DNA of 57,267 nucleotides, counting the filler, from Jimgerdemannia flammicorona (Eukaryota): NCBI GenBank assembly GCA_003990765.1. It is 3 parts of 3 records of this genome, joined end to end, with 100 filler letters (N's around TTAATTAATTAA, not from the genome) between each part and the next. Parts side by side here need not be neighbours in the genome. Positions count along the whole stretch, not along the records: positions 1 to 19,024 come from RBNJ01002047.1; 2 more parts are not named here. One strand, given 5' to 3'. Under the pieces are notes generated by a model that saw nothing but the letters and a program-made list of their open reading frames with translations, searched no databases and had not been told where the DNA came from. Shown here in pieces: positions 1 to 12,961 of the stretch (positions are counted from its first letter, which is position 1; each line of letters starts with the position of its first letter). The position numbers were made by a program, and so were the translations under genes.

Positions 1-3000
1 ATAATACCTTCTCCTGGCACCCCACCTGCTGCCCCTCCTCAAATACAAAAAGCCAATGGCCCGCCATCCCCACCCACATTGCCAACACCCACCCTACAGT
101 GATCCAACTATTGCCCACCCCCCCTACAAGCCGAGATCTCAAGTCCTCCCAGTAGCCTCCCACACCCGCTGGCCTCCGCTCCCCACCCAGTCTATTGCCT
201 ATTGCTACCCAAATGTCCCCCAATACCTCACACTCCCCCAGCCAATGTTCCGGTGTCTGCATAAATCCCCCAGCTTGCCCTACATTGTAACACTCCTCAC
301 AGTCAAAATGGCCACCATCCACCAGATGCCCAGTGCGAAAATTCAGCATGATATTCCTCCGCAGCATTCGCCACCACACTACCCAGTACTTGGGAGGAAG
401 CCATCTCTGCACCTCAGCACTCCAAGACCAGATACCTGCCCAGTCCCACTCCTTGCCGATCCCTGCCCCCTGCCAGCCACTTGGCCTAAGATCCTGGCCA
501 AGACCCTGCTGACTCTCCACCCCATCTCCAAGATTAAATGTTTCAATTGGAGCACCCCCCAGCAGCAGTCCCTCCCATCACCACATATCAGGCCCCCACA
601 CTCCCTCCCCCTCATTGCCTTGCCAGCGCAGACCAATCTGGTGGGTGCCATCTACCACCCCCCACCAAAAGCCCTTAAACCGCAGCCTCCTACTCCCATT
701 CAGCCCCACCAGAGCAAGCAGATCTCCAGAGGACCCTCGAGGGGAAGTCCTCATCTCCCACACCTTCTGCAGCAGTGGCACCCAACTCCCACCCTGCAGT
801 TCAGCTACTCTTCTCAACTACCAGGCACGCAAGCAGTGCAACCTCTTAGGGAAATCTATAAGGCCAAGACCTCCCCTGACCACCGGTGTTGCAAGAGTAT
901 CCCAACCAATCTGGGACCTCCTCCCTGCCCAAATCCAATCTCTTGCTATCTTTGTCAGCCTCTTCACCACCCAAGCTGGGAAGTCCAGGTGATAGGCCAC
1001 GTACCACAACTTGGGGAACCAGTACACATTCAGAATCGACACTCTCCCCGCCAGAGAGATACGGTGGCCTCCCCAGCCGTGAAGGGCCTCCCCCCAGATG
1101 GTCACCCTGCTCTCCCACCACCCTCTTGGTAAGACAGAACCATATATAGAGAGAAAGATGCCCAGATATCTCACCACCTCACCCGTGGGGACAATTGTTC
1201 CAATGACATCTCCACCCACTAGCCTATTTCCAAGCACCATTGTCTCACACTTATGCCAGTTGAGCTTTGCCCCTGAATGCGCCTCATACCAATCCACTGT
1301 CTCCTTGAGAGCCTCAACATCCGCCACAGACCCAAGTCCGACCACCATATCATCAGCAAAGGCCCCCACCTTCCACCCTATACCATATATAGAGAGCCCT
1401 GCCACCTTCCGGCGGATCCTATCCATCAGTGGCTCTAACGAAAGTGCATAGAGAATAGGGGACAGAGGGTCCCCCTGAGGAACTCCTCTATCCAAGGAGA
1501 ACGCCAGACCATGGTGACCATTACACATCAGTACCGCTCGACTACTCTCCAGCAGACTCAACATAGAGGTCCGAAACCCCAGTGGAACACCAATCTGGTC
1601 CAACACCTTGCCCAGCCAAACCCACCTTACTCGGTCATAGGCCTTCTCCTGGTCCAAAAAGACCAACCTTCCATCCAAACCACAAGCCCGGGCCCCTTCA
1701 ATGACACCATGCACCCACGCTGTCCCATCTCTAATAAGTCTGCCTCCAACAAAGCCCTGCTGCTCCTCCCCCAGTACCTGTTGGGCAACTTTCTGCAGTC
1801 TTGCGACGATCACCTTAGTCACCATCTTCCTGTCCATATCCAGCAGCATAATTGGTCTCCAATTCTTCCAACCTTCCCTCCTCCCCTTGTCTTTGTACAA
1901 TAAGGCCACCAGTCCGAGGTCCTGCTCTCCAACCCACTCACCACTTTGAAGGACATGGTCACAGAGAGCAGCCATCTCACCCAAAATGCCTGGGACCTTC
2001 ACCATCTTCTTCCAGAAGTCCCATGGCAACCCATCCTCCCCTGGTGCCATTCCAATCTTAGTGGCTGCAAGGACACTCTGGATCTCCTCTCCTTGCACTG
2101 ATAAGATCAAGTCGCCCAGTCCATCCACTGGTGGTGGTCCCCACTCTCCTAGTGTATCTGCTATTGCCTCCCCATCAGCACCCCCTTCACCCTCGCTCCA
2201 CAAACTCTGCCATCTCTCCTTCAATACCCCTAAGATTTGTTGTGTGCCATGCACCATATCGCCCTCAGCATCTAGGACCCCCTCCCACCAATGTCACACC
2301 CTCCTAGCCTGAAGGAGCCTTGATAAATACCTAGTAGGCCTCTCACTCTCCTCTAGCCCCTGCCACCGTAGCCTAGCAGCCATACCACGCATTTGAGTCT
2401 CCTCCTCATCTCTCAGTACCTGCTTCAGCTCCAATATCTCCAACTTAACCTGCTCTATCCTCCAATCCTCCACCCCATCAGAAGCAAGTAAATCTGCCTA
2501 ATCCATTTGTAGTCTTCTCAGTCTGCTAGAAGCACACCTCGTGCGCTCCTTCCTCTGCCTCCCAGCATCCTTACCAGCTCCTCCCCAAAAGACCCTCGCA
2601 GCCTCTTTCAGTCATATCCAATGGACACCCACCGATAAACCCTCATGCCTCCATAGAAGAATCTTTGCCTGAACCTCCTCTGCCCATGAGTCCCACAACC
2701 CCTTCTCAGCCAGCAGGGAGGAGTTAAGGCACCAATGTCTGGGTCCATCTCCACTCCCCCCAAACTGCCCCTGCCCCAACAGACCCCAATGATCAGACCA
2801 TGGGCACCACTCCACCCCCAGCGCCTTTCAAACATCCAAACCCCAACACTCGGCTGTCAGAATCCAGTCAATCCTCGTACCTAAGCCATTCACCCAATGT
2901 GTGTAGACCCTGGAGTTGCCCCACCTAGATCTGCCCATATCCCCTAGGGAACTCAGCTTCTCCACCTCCTCCCATGCATCCAGACCCCCACTTCTCCCCC

Positions 3001-3469
3001 CAGCACTCCTCCCTCCATCAGTTCTGTCAAGACGCTGATCCCAAACCATGTTAAAGTTCCCACTGAGAACATCAACCCCTTCCTCCAACAGAATACCCTC
3101 CTCCAGTAGTTTCTCAATCCACACAATCCTCTCTCCCCTAACTGCAGGGCAGTAGCAAGAGCCAACCCTCACCGGCTCCCACCCTGGCTGCCGCCAATCA
3201 CCCCAGACCAAACTATCACCCCAGTTCCTGATTCCCCCCAAGTCTCCTCTACCCTTCCTCACCAGAATCGCCACTTTTCCAAACCAAGCAGTAGCTCCTC
3301 CACATTCCCTAGTCCACTCTACACGATCACCCTCATTCTCACACCGAACATCCTGTAGCAAAAAGAGATCAGCCTCCAATCTCTTGAGCCAAGTAAATAT
3401 GCTTTTTCGCCTCCCTGATCCCCGCAACCTATTCACATTCAACGAGAAAATGTTAGTTGTACTGTTCAT
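1..3469 (-). pseudogene. LINE ORF2 (APE endonuclease + reverse transcriptase), disrupted
   Basis: Fragments 2828-3469 (EN), 2612-2815, 818-2257 (RT), 578-817 with stop codons and frameshifts. Confidence 0.9.
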
Positions 3470-3501
3470 AAGGAATAATGTTGAAAGAGTGATCCCATCA
3501 T

Positions 3502-5541
3502 CTACAAGTCCACATTCCGCTCCTCCTGCACCAAGTCTGAGTCATGCTCAGCAGCCAGTTCCCTTTCCCCAGCATCCTGCGCCTCCAGCCCTTTCAGAAG
3601 TTCTACTATTGCCCCATCTTCTTTCTTCTCAAAGTTCTCACGATACTCCATGCAAGCCTCCTGCCAGAACTGCAGACCACAACACTCAGCCCAACAGTAG
3701 GCTGCCCGCTCACCTGCAACCACTGCTAGCTCTGCCTTCCTCGCCTCATCAACCTCATATCCCTCCTCCTCTAAGAGGATTGCCAGAATCTCCACCCCCA
3801 ATGCCTCCATCACCCCATCGCTACGCAGAATACTCACCCAGTGTTCCTCAGGCATCACCTGCAGGTCCACATCCCCCAATGCCTCAGCTGTGAGGTTATC
3901 CATCACCTTGCTCAACCACAGCAGGTTCCCCACCTCCTTCCCTCCCGGAGTCCCCGGCCGCCCTGCATCCAACATCATGGTATCAGCACCTACACTGGCA
4001 GCCTCATCCCATGCCTCCTCAGGGATGTCCACCAGCTCATCCTCGCCAACTGCCACCACCTGGCCCCCTTTCGCCACATCTGGGACTCCAAAGGTAACAC
4101 GCTGGGCCCCCTGCATCTGTACATCTTCTGCTGCCACTCTCCACCCCACCGGGCCCCTCCTGACTAGAGGGGGGGGAGTGCCATCAGACTCCGCCTCCCA
4201 AACTTCGAAAGTACCATTGGTATAGAGATCTCTGCCCAGCACCTTTGCAGCCCATTCCTCTGTCCCCACCGCCTCCTTCCCTCCTTCGCTAGCCCATACA
4301 CTGGCTTTGACGCCGCCAGACTCCACAGCCCCACCCACCTTCCTCTTCTCCCCTCCTGTCATACTCGCCAAGAGCTCCCTCTGCCTCTTGCGGCCCTGGG
4401 CCCTCTCCCACTGCTTCCTATCAGTGTGCACCTGCTTCCCATTCACAATCTCCAGATGCGTTGACTCCTCAAATAGCTTCCAGACTTTCGTCCTCCTCTC
4501 CACAGCCCCACCCAACTCCTCCAGCGCCTCCAACAAGTCCTCCTGCTCTTCCTCACTCCCCTTCACCCTTGACACCTTACAGACGAATGCCCCCCACATC
4601 AGCACCGAGGGCCAGTCACTCAACTTCCCCATGGCCTCCTTCCCTGCCAGCCGGATTCTGACATTGACATCACCTGTCCTGATCATAGTCCCCTCCCACA
4701 CCTGAAATCCAACATCCACCACATCACCGTACTCCACCATCACCTCCTCCATCCTCTTCCTAGTCTCCTCCTTAGACACTGTGGGCACCCCCCTCACCAG
4801 AAGCTGCACCACCCTGGGGTCCCACCTCAAGCACCGCACCATGGGCACCACCACCTCTCCAACTACAACACCAGTCTTCAGGGTCTCATCCAGTGGGCCC
4901 GCTTCCTCAAAGCCCACCTCAACCCCCTCCAAGCCCTTCAGGAACTTCACCGAGGCAGTGCCCACCACTTGCTTCGAAATCAGCCTCAGAACCATCCTCG
5001 CCATCACTGCCAAGCCCCGGAAGCACAATGTGACCGCGAACTCCGAAATCGATTTCTTGAGCAACAGGGCCACTGCCAGCCCCGTTACACCATCCGCCAG
5101 GTCCCCCTCCCACATCGGGAACCCCTGACCCCCCTGGCCATCAGCCGTCACATCTCTTTTTTTTTCCCGATTCGCCGTCACACCCCCATCAGCAGTCCCA
5201 CCCCCAGCCACAGCTCCTCCAGACCCTATGCTCATACCTCCAACCTGAGGACCATCCCCCCTCCCAAGGCTCGCCTTGCTCTTCCCCACAGCAGCACCAG
5301 CCCTGTCTCCAGCCCTGTCTCCAACTGGCCATCCACTCCCATTCACCTTGTCAGCAAAGCTGGAGGGGCCAGCCCTTCCCCTGTTACCACCCAACACTGG
5401 TCCTCCTCCAGAGCCCTCTCCGCCTTTTGACCCTCCAAAGGCCCCCATCCCCAGGCCAAAACCCCTCCCTACCTCCTGCCAGCCGAAAGCCCCAGCTCCC
5501 CCCGACCCAGTATGCCCGTCGGAACTCTTGCTTGAAGACAT
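3502..5541 (-). CDS. LINE ORF1 protein, 679 aa, intact; Gly-rich N-terminus and RRM-like central region
   Basis: Open ORF directly upstream of APE-RT; homologous to the ORF1 remnants at 39008-41053 and 46563-48597; RRM call from the pattern VQLLVRGVP...YGDVVDV...TGDVNVRI. Confidence 0.85.
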   Translation of the reverse strand: MSSSKSSDGHTGSGGAGAFGWQEVGRGFGLGMGAFGGSKGGEGSGGGPVLGGNRGRAGPSSFADKVNGSGWPVGDRAGDRAGAAVGKSKASLGRGDGPQVGGMSIGSGGAVAGGGTADGGVTANREKKRDVTADGQGGQGFPMWEGDLADGVTGLAVALLLKKSISEFAVTLCFRGLAVMARMVLRLISKQVVGTASVKFLKGLEGVEVGFEEAGPLDETLKTGVVVGEVVVPMVRCLRWDPRVVQLLVRGVPTVSKEETRKRMEEVMVEYGDVVDVGFQVWEGTMIRTGDVNVRIRLAGKEAMGKLSDWPSVLMWGAFVCKVSRVKGSEEEQEDLLEALEELGGAVERRTKVWKLFEESTHLEIVNGKQVHTDRKQWERAQGRKRQRELLASMTGGEKRKVGGAVESGGVKASVWASEGGKEAVGTEEWAAKVLGRDLYTNGTFEVWEAESDGTPPPLVRRGPVGWRVAAEDVQMQGAQRVTFGVPDVAKGGQVVAVGEDELVDIPEEAWDEAASVGADTMMLDAGRPGTPGGKEVGNLLWLSKVMDNLTAEALGDVDLQVMPEEHWVSILRSDGVMEALGVEILAILLEEEGYEVDEARKAELAVVAGERAAYCWAECCGLQFWQEACMEYRENFEKKEDGAIVELLKGLEAQDAGERELAAEHDSDLVQEERNVDL

Positions 5542-5585
5542 GTTGATAGTACCTTCTCTCCTAGTAGTGTCGAAAACTGTTGCTT

Positions 5586-8500
5586 GAACATAGATTGGAC
5601 TTGGTGCAGGAGGGGCAGGATGCCAACTTATAGAGGATGGGACTCTGATTTATATCATTATTCTTTATGAACAGTACAACCAATATTTTCTCCTTGAATG
5701 TGAATGGGTTAAGGGGCTCTGGGCAGTGCAAGAACATTTTTACTTAGCTCAAGGGATTGGAGGCTGATCTCTTTCTATTGCAGGAGATTCAGTGTGAGGA
5801 TGAGGATGATTGGGTAGAGTGGACTAGGGAATGGGGGGGGGCGGCTGCTTGGTTTGAAAAGGTAGTGATTCTGGTGAGGAAGGGCAGAGGAGACTTGGGG
5901 GGAATTAGGAGCTGGGGTGATTGCTTGGTCTGGGGAGATTGGCATCAGCCAGGATGGGAATCGGTTAAGGTGGGCTCTTGCTACTGCCCTGCAGCTAGGG
6001 GTGAGAGGACTGCATAGATTAGGGGGTTACTGGAGGAGGGTGTCCTCTTGGAGAAAGGGGTCGATGTTCTCAGTGGGGACTTTAATATGGTTTGGGATCA
6101 GAGTCTGGACAGAACTGATGGAGGGAGGAGTGCCAGGGGTAGAAGTGGAGGTCTGGATACATGGGAGGAGGTGGAGACATTGGGCTCCTTGGGGGATATG
6201 GGCAGAACAAGGTGGAGTGATACCAGGGTCTACACACATTGAGTGAATGGCTTGGGCACAAGAATTGACTGGATTCTCATGGCAGAGTGTTGGGGTTCGG
6301 ATGTTTGGAAGGCATTGGAAGTAGAGTGGTGCTCATGGTCTGATCACTGGGGACTGTTGGGGCAGGGGCAGTTTGGGGGGAGTGGAGATGGACCTGGACA
6401 TTGGTGCCTTAACTCCTCCCTGCTGGCTGAGAAGGGGCTGTGGGAACTGTGGGTGGAAGACATTCAGGCAAAAGTTTTTATCTGGAAGCATGAGGGTTTG
6501 CCTGTGGCTGTCCACTGGATGAGGTTGAAGGAGGCTGTGAGGGTTTATTGGGGAGGGGCTGGTAGAGAGGCTGGGAGGTAGAGAAGGAGGTGCACGAGGT
6601 ATGCTTCTAGCAGGCTGAGGAGACTATAACTTGATTGGGTGGATTTGCTCACTGTTGTAGGGGTGGAGGATTGGAGGATAGAGAGTGCGAAATTGGAGAT
6701 AGTGGAACTACAATAGGTATTGAGGGAAGAGGAGGAGATCCATATGTGGGACATGGTGGCCAGGCTGTGGTGGCAGGGGCTTGAGGAGGGTGAGTGGCCT
6801 ACTAGGTACTTATCGAGACTTCTCAAAGCTAGGAGAGTGCATCATCAGTGGGACGGGGTCCTGGATGCTGATGGAGACATGGTTCATGGTATGCAGCAAA
6901 TCTGGGGGTCTTGAAGGAAAGATGGCAGGGCTTGTGGAGTGAGAGAGAAGGGGGTGTGGATGAGGCAGAGATTGCGAATACACTGGACAAGTGGGGGCCA
7001 CCACAGGTTACTGGACTGGGGGACTTGATCTTACCAGTGCAGGGAGAGGAGATCCAGAGTATCCTGGCAGCAACTAAGCTTGGGACAGTGCCAAGGGAGG
7101 ATGGATTGCCATGGGACTTCTGGAAGAAGATGGTATATGTCCCTGGAGTTTTGGGCGAGATGGCTGCTCTTTGTGATCATGTCCTTCAGTGTGGTGAGTG
7201 GGTTAGAGAGCAGGATCTGGGGCTGGTGGCCTTACTGTACAAAGACAAGAGAAGGAGGGAAGACTGGAAGAACTAGAGGCCAATCATGCTTCTGGATATA
7301 GACAGGAAGATGGTAACTAAGGTGATTGTCGCAAGGCTGCAGAAAGTTGCCCAACAGATGCTGGGGGAAGAGCAGAGGGGCTTTGTTGGGGGCAGGCTAA
7401 TAAGAGATGGGACTGCTTGGGTTCATGGTGTCATTGAAGGGGCCCGGTCCTGTGGACTGGATGGAAGGTTGGTCTTTCTGGACCAGAAGAAGGCCTATAA
7501 CTGTGTATGGCGGGTGTGGCTAGGAAAGGTGTTGGACTGAATTGGGGTTCCCCCAACATTTAGGGCCTCAATGTTGAGTCTGCTGGAAAGTAGTTGGGCA
7601 GCTCTGACGTGTAATGGTCATCATGGGAGAGCATTTCTCTTAGGACGAGGGGTACCTCAGGGGGACCCTCTGTCCCTGATTCTCTATGCCCTTTCACTGG
7701 AGCCATTGATGGATAGGATTCGTCAGAAGGTAGCAGGGCTCTCTATATATGGTATAGTGTGGAAGGTGGGGGCCTTTGCTGATAATATGGTGGTTGGACT
7801 TAGGTCTGTGGTGGATGTAGAGACGGTTCAGGAGACTGTGGAATGGTATGAGGCTCACTCGGGGGCGAAACTCAACTGGTATAAGTGTGAGACGATGGTG
7901 CTAGGGAATGGACTAGTGGGTGGGGACGTCATTGGAACAATTGTCTCTACTGGTGAGGTGGTGCGGTATCTGGGCATCTTCCTCTCTGTATATGGTTCTG
8001 TCTTGCCACGGGTGTGGTGGGAGAGCAGGGTGAATAGTTGGAGGGAGGCCCTTCATGGTTGGGGAGGCCACCATATCTCTCTAGCAGGGCGGGTGTTAAT
8101 ACTGAATGTTTATTGGTTCCCAAAGCTGTGGTATGTAGCATATTACCTCGACTTCCCAATATAGGTAGTGAAGAAGCTGACGAAGGTGGCTAGGGATTGG
8201 ATTTGGGTGGGGAGGAGGTCCCAGGTTAGTTGGGATACTCTTGCGAGACCGGTAGTCAGGGGAGATCTTGGCCTGGTGGATTTCCCTAAGAGGCTGCACT
8301 GCTTGAGAGTCTGGTGGTTGAAGAGAGCAGTGGAATTGCAGTGTGGTGGTTGGGTGCTTCTGTTGCAGAAGGTATGGGAGATGCAAATGTCCCCTCGAGG
8401 GTTCTCTGGAGATCTGCTCTCTTTGGTAGGGCTGAATGGAATTCGGAGACTGCAGTTCAAGGACTTTTGGTGGAGAGTGGCTGATGGAGCACACCGAATT

Positions 8501-8643
8501 GGCTTACGCTGGTAGGGTAATGAGGGGGGGGCGGTGTGGGGGTCTAATATGTGGTACTGGGATAGGCTACTACTGGGGGGTACTCCACTGGCTGCATTCA
8601 ATATTGGGGAGGGAGTGGAGTATCAGCAGGGGCTTGGCCAGGA
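5586..8643 (+). mobile_element. LINE copy B, 5'-truncated (end of ORF1 + degraded ORF2 from ATG 5667), interrupted by the PLE palindrome
   Basis: Colinear with 48550-51608; EN and RT fragments 5757-8515; breaks at ...GGCTTGGCCAGGA. Confidence 0.92.
7183..8643 (+). repeat. 1,461-bp direct duplication, left copy (right copy 16911-18371)
   Basis: Identical length; shared private variants and stops (CAGTGTGGTGAG, CVWRVWLGKVLD*, FP(I/V)*) absent from the other LINE copies. Confidence 0.85.
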
Positions 8644-9145
8644 GAGAAGGAAGAAGGCCCAGTGGGAGCCAAGGGAGCAAACCCAGAGCCAGTGTCAAAG
8701 TGAATGGAAGACATGTGGAAGAGCGTATATAAGGGGGATGAACAAAGAACATAACCAAAAATACATCAGCCATTTATTGCCATGTAAAAATGTAGTCCTT
8801 ATATATAAAATACGACGTCCCAAAAGGGAGGACGTGCCACAACTTGGGGCGAACCGAATTAGGAACCACATGACTGCTGGAGATAGGCAGAGATAAAGGG
8901 AGAGCCAATCCCAGTTGCAGGATAAAAATCACAAACAAACACAAACAAAACAAATCCAAATCGAGATTAAAAAACATTCACAGACCCCGGAGGGGTGAGC
9001 GTGAGCGAGGGGTGAGGCCCAAACAGAGCGAGCCACAGCGAGCCTAAGTGAAGCAAGGGGCCGAAGGCAGCAGAGGGGAGCGGAGTAAGGCTGAGACCCC
9101 GGAGTGAGCGCAAGACCCCAGAGGGGGCAAGGATGTTTTTTAATC
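8644..9145 (-). repeat. PLE 3' pseudo-LTR (left arm)
   Basis: Near-identical to 12301-12802. Confidence 0.88.
8965..9145. repeat. 181-bp GC-rich cassette bounded by 15-bp inverted repeats GATTAAAAAACATCC/GGATGTTTTTTAATC
   Basis: Read directly (one mismatch in the left repeat); other copies at 12622-12802 and 16280-16591. Confidence 0.85.
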
Positions 9146-11137
9146 CTCTCCAGCAGAGCTGGAGGCACCAGAAGGTGATGAAAATGCAAAATGAGAGTGA
9201 TGGATTAAAGAAGAAACAGAAGGGAGATGTGAATGAGCAATCAGAGGGTGTCGGGAAAGAGATGAAAGTCCATGGCGTGAAAGAGAAGAGCACAGGATGG
9301 TATCAGGGCGTTGAGCGACCCAGTGAGCATGATCAAATAGTACAACAAAAATCGGGGGAGGGAAAGAAGAGAGGGTACAGAGAGAGTAAGGGGGGAGAGA
9401 GGGAAGGGAGGGGGAATAAAGAGGAGAGAGAAGGGAAGAGTGAACAACAGACCATTCAACAGAAGCAAGCAGATCGTGAATGATAGAAATGGGATAGGCA
9501 TGATAATGGACCATGAAGTTGCCAAGAACCCAAACAGCAGACACCCAATCAGAACGATGGGAGTAGTATAATGCAAGACGACGAGCCTCACCTCAAACAC
9601 ATTCAAGAAGAGTGCGATGAGGATGATTGGACAAGAAGTCAGAGAACTGTTGGGAATGGGGAAAATGAGAATAAACAATAGTTCAGAAGGGAGAAAGAGA
9701 AATGAAAAGGTCCAAAAAGGGAATACTAGTCATACCACACACCCAGGTAATAGAATGGTGGGGAGGGTAGACACTCAAGAACACACTAGAGATATCAATA
9801 CCAGCAACAGCGAAGACGATGAAGTCATCAATGTATCAGCGAAAGAAGATATCCCCAGCCTGGAACACAATAGAAAGAGGTGAAGCAATATCACATAACA
9901 CACGCAATTCATGGGCCAGGCCAACAAGGTTGGTAAGGGTGGGGGCACAATTCGTACTCATGGCAATACCAGAAGTCTGGTGAAAGGAGCCAAGGGCCGA
10001 CTCAAAATAATTAGAGCCACAGACGAGAAGCATAAGCTCAACAATGGAAGCCAACGAAACTGGGGAATCCAAAGGAAAAACAATGGAACCCAAGAAGCGA
10101 AGGCAATTATCGATCTTGTCAAAACGAATAGTAGTATAGAAGGAGGAAAAATCACCAGAGGCCAAATGGGAAAAATGATGAACAGGCACAATGGTGGAGC
10201 AGAGAAGGGCGAGCTCCTGAGTATCATGAAGAATAGTATACTCAGGTCCAAGACAGTGTTGTAGGAGAGCCATCCAGGAGAGAAAGAAGCGGGATAACCA
10301 TTTCAAAATCTCGGTGGTAGGCGAATTGTAAGCAGCTGTAATGGGATGCCAAGTCAAAATAGGCTTGTGAACTTTAGGAAGAGCATAGAAAACTGGAAGA
10401 GAAACATCCAGAGAGGACAAAGAGTCCTGGAAGAAGTTAAAAATGGGGTTCGTGAATGGAGAATCCGAAAGCGATCTGGCATGAGCTAGAGAAACCCAAA
10501 GAAGAGTGAGAATATCATCCAATCCAAGAGCACTAGGCTCGTAAGCCATGGCTCGAAGGAGGGCAGAAAGGCCATCAAGATAGAGTGACTTAGGAATAAG
10601 TGCAAAACTCTGATTCTTATCAGTGACTGTGAGCAAATGCATAGGCAATTGCTTGACCGATTTAAGTGCAGTATGCACGGCATGGTCCAAAACCAAGTAA
10701 GAGCAAGCTCATCCAGGAATGGATAGCAAGCAAGCCATGTCGAGGAATATGCAGTTTGAAGAGACATTGGAAGGAGGGACCCAATCGCTAGGAACGAAAT
10801 AGCGAGAGGACATCTTACCATGATCTTGAAAATAAATGGCAAGGTCAAGAGCATGACGAAAACGTGTGAGACGAGCTGGATCGGTGAAAGAGAATTGAGA
10901 GAGAGTCACAGGGAAAACAAAGTGAGGACCCAAGAATAAGGCAAAGACTTGAAGGGGAGAAAGGGAGCAGTCAGCTGAAGAAAAAGGAGGAGACAAAAGA
11001 GCTCCAAGAGAAGAGTAAACCCGAAAGTTCGGGATAAGCAACTGGGAAAGGCGAAGGGGGGACAGCATGAGGAACCACTCAGGGCACACCAGAAGTGACA
11101 ATGGAATCTGAGAAGGGATGGGGACACTGGGGGAGAA
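9140..11137 (-). pseudogene. PLE reverse transcriptase ORF, no GIY-YIG endonuclease
   Basis: Fragments 10709-11101, 9836-10696, 9140-9544 in one frame, separated by TGA stops. Confidence 0.85.
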
Positions 11138-11154
11138 CTATGCCGGGGAGAAGT

Positions 11155-12371
11155 TTAAGAGCAGGAGACCTTCCCCTTTCCTCTGACTTTTTTTGAAGGT
11201 GGCGAGCCCGACGAGCAGGAGCACACCCCGTCAGAGTGTCAGACCTTGTGGCCACAGGCTTTTGTGTAGCCCTTACATTCAGGGGCATGGGTGGAGGAGG
11301 CAGAGGAGGAACCGGTGGAGGAGGCTGAAGGCAAGCAAGCAGCCGAGGGGGCAGCAATATGAGGAACACCACCATAGGGGCAGATGGACTTGGCCGGGTG
11401 CCAGTAGGTATGGTGGAGGTGACCAGAGCAGACTGCACAAGGCCAGGCCCTGACAGGGCGAGAACCAAGTTGGTGGCCATGCTTGGGGGTAGGGGGAATG
11501 GAGGAGGAAGCCTTGGCAGGGGAGGGAGACTGGGAAGAGGCCGATGAAGCCTGGTTGGGCTTGGCAGGGGTCTTGGCGGAGGTCTTGGAGGGGGCCTTGG
11601 CAGTGGTGGCAGCGAAGGAATGAACCTTGGCATGAGAAGCAGTATGAGCTTTGGCACGAATGGCCTCAGAGACTGAAACCTTGGGGGAGGCAGGCAGGGG
11701 AGCAGTAGTGGCAGTGCGAGCAGTAGTGGCAGCACGTGACATCTTCTGCTTGTGAAGGCAAGTAACAAGGGAGGTGCTGGCAAGGAGGAAACGATGTACA
11801 GCATCGATGTCGGTGGTGATGGAAGGAACATTATGGATGTCGAAGCCACAGAAGGGGGCGGCATCTGAAAGGCGAGAGGAGGCAAAGGCCATGAAAGCGG
11901 CACAGGCATGGTGGAAGGAGGTGGAGGCGGCGGTGGCAGAAGTGGCAGCAGCATCAGCAGCAGTGAGCTTGGCAGCGGCAGTAGTGGTGTGAACCTCTTC
12001 AGAGAGGGCTTGGTGGCAGGTCTCAGGGAGAATGGAATAATGGATGGTGGGTGGAGCAACAACATCAACGTCATGGTGGAGACGAGCCTCCTTGGCAGAG
12101 AGGGCAAGAACTGACTGGAACTGAGAGAGGAGCAGATGACCAGAAGGACGAAGGTCCATGGGGAGGGAAAGGAAGGCAGACAAGATGTAGGTCTCAAACG
12201 AGACAGTGGTGGGGTGAAGGCGGGGGGAGGGGGAGGCGGAAGAGCCTCATCCATGAGCTCATCGATGAGGACGGAGGCCCTGAGGGCAGGTGGTACAGCA
12301 GAGGAGGAAGAAGGCCCAGTGGGAGTCAAGGGAGCAAACCCAGAGCCAGTGTCAAAGTGAATGGAAGACAT
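11155..12371 (-). pseudogene. PLE ORF1 (Ala/Pro/Ser-rich, C-terminal Cys/His motifs)
   Basis: ORF 11239-12183 plus an upstream MSSIHFDTG start; 1-bp frameshift relative to the right-arm copy. Confidence 0.7.
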
Positions 12372-12802
12372 GTGGAAGAGCATATATAAGGGGGACAAAC
12401 AAAGAACATAACTGAAAATGCATCAGCCATTTATTGCCATGTAAAAACACAGTCCTTATATATAAAATATGACATCCCAAAAGGGAGGATGCACCACAAC
12501 TCGGGGCGAACCGAATTAGGAACCATATGACCGCCAGAGATAGGTGGAGATAAAGGGAGAGCCAATCCCAGTTGCAGGATAAAAATCACAAACAAACACA
12601 AACAAAACAAATCCAAATCAAGATTAAAAAACATCCGCAGACCCCAGAGAGGTGAGCATGAGCGAGGGGTGAGGCCGAAATGGAGTGAGCCGCAGTGAGC
12701 CCAAGCGAAGTGAGGGGCCGAAGGCAGCGGAGGGGAGCTGAGTAAGGCCGAGACCCTGGAGCGAGCGCGAGACCCTAGAGGGGGTAAGGATGTTTTTTAA
12801 TC
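12301..12802 (-). repeat. PLE 5' pseudo-LTR (left arm); its outer 181 bp form the palindrome centre
   Basis: Direct repeat of 8644-9145. Confidence 0.88.
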
Positions 12803-12961
12803 TCAATTTGGATTTGTTTTGTTTGTGTTTATTTGTGATTTTTATCCTGCAACTGGGATTGGCTCTCCCTTTATCTCCGCCTATCTCCGGCAGTCATGTG
12901 GTTCCTAATTCGGTTCGCCCCGAGTTGTGGTGCGTTCTCCCTTTTGAGATGTCATATTTTG

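Larger units (their letters stand above)
1..5585 (-). mobile_element. L1/Tx1-like LINE copy A (ORF1 + APE-RT ORF2), 3' end cut by window edge
   Basis: ORF1 at 3502-5541, then APE motifs (SLNVN, LLQD, YCP, GNFNMV, RIDWIL, SDH) and RT motifs (WRPIMLL, LDQEKAYD, GVPQGDPLSP, FADD, YLG). Confidence 0.93.
8644..12802 (-). mobile_element. Penelope-like retroelement (endonuclease-deficient), left arm, with 502-bp pseudo-LTRs
   Basis: PLE-type RT motifs LPKVHK..PI, DFSSFYT, NYF..HQTSGIAM..CAP..NL, R*YIDD, PFLD; direct repeats 8644-9145 and 12301-12802. Confidence 0.88.

Noticed and set aside
56..5587. Long Pro/Ser/His-rich plus-strand ORFs (e.g. 56-1132)
   Set aside because: Antisense shadows of the G-rich LINE strand.
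5560..5620. Head-to-head LINE junction as a twin-priming inversion of one element
   Set aside because: Both sides contain the same ORF2 region and belong to different subfamilies, so they are two separate insertions.
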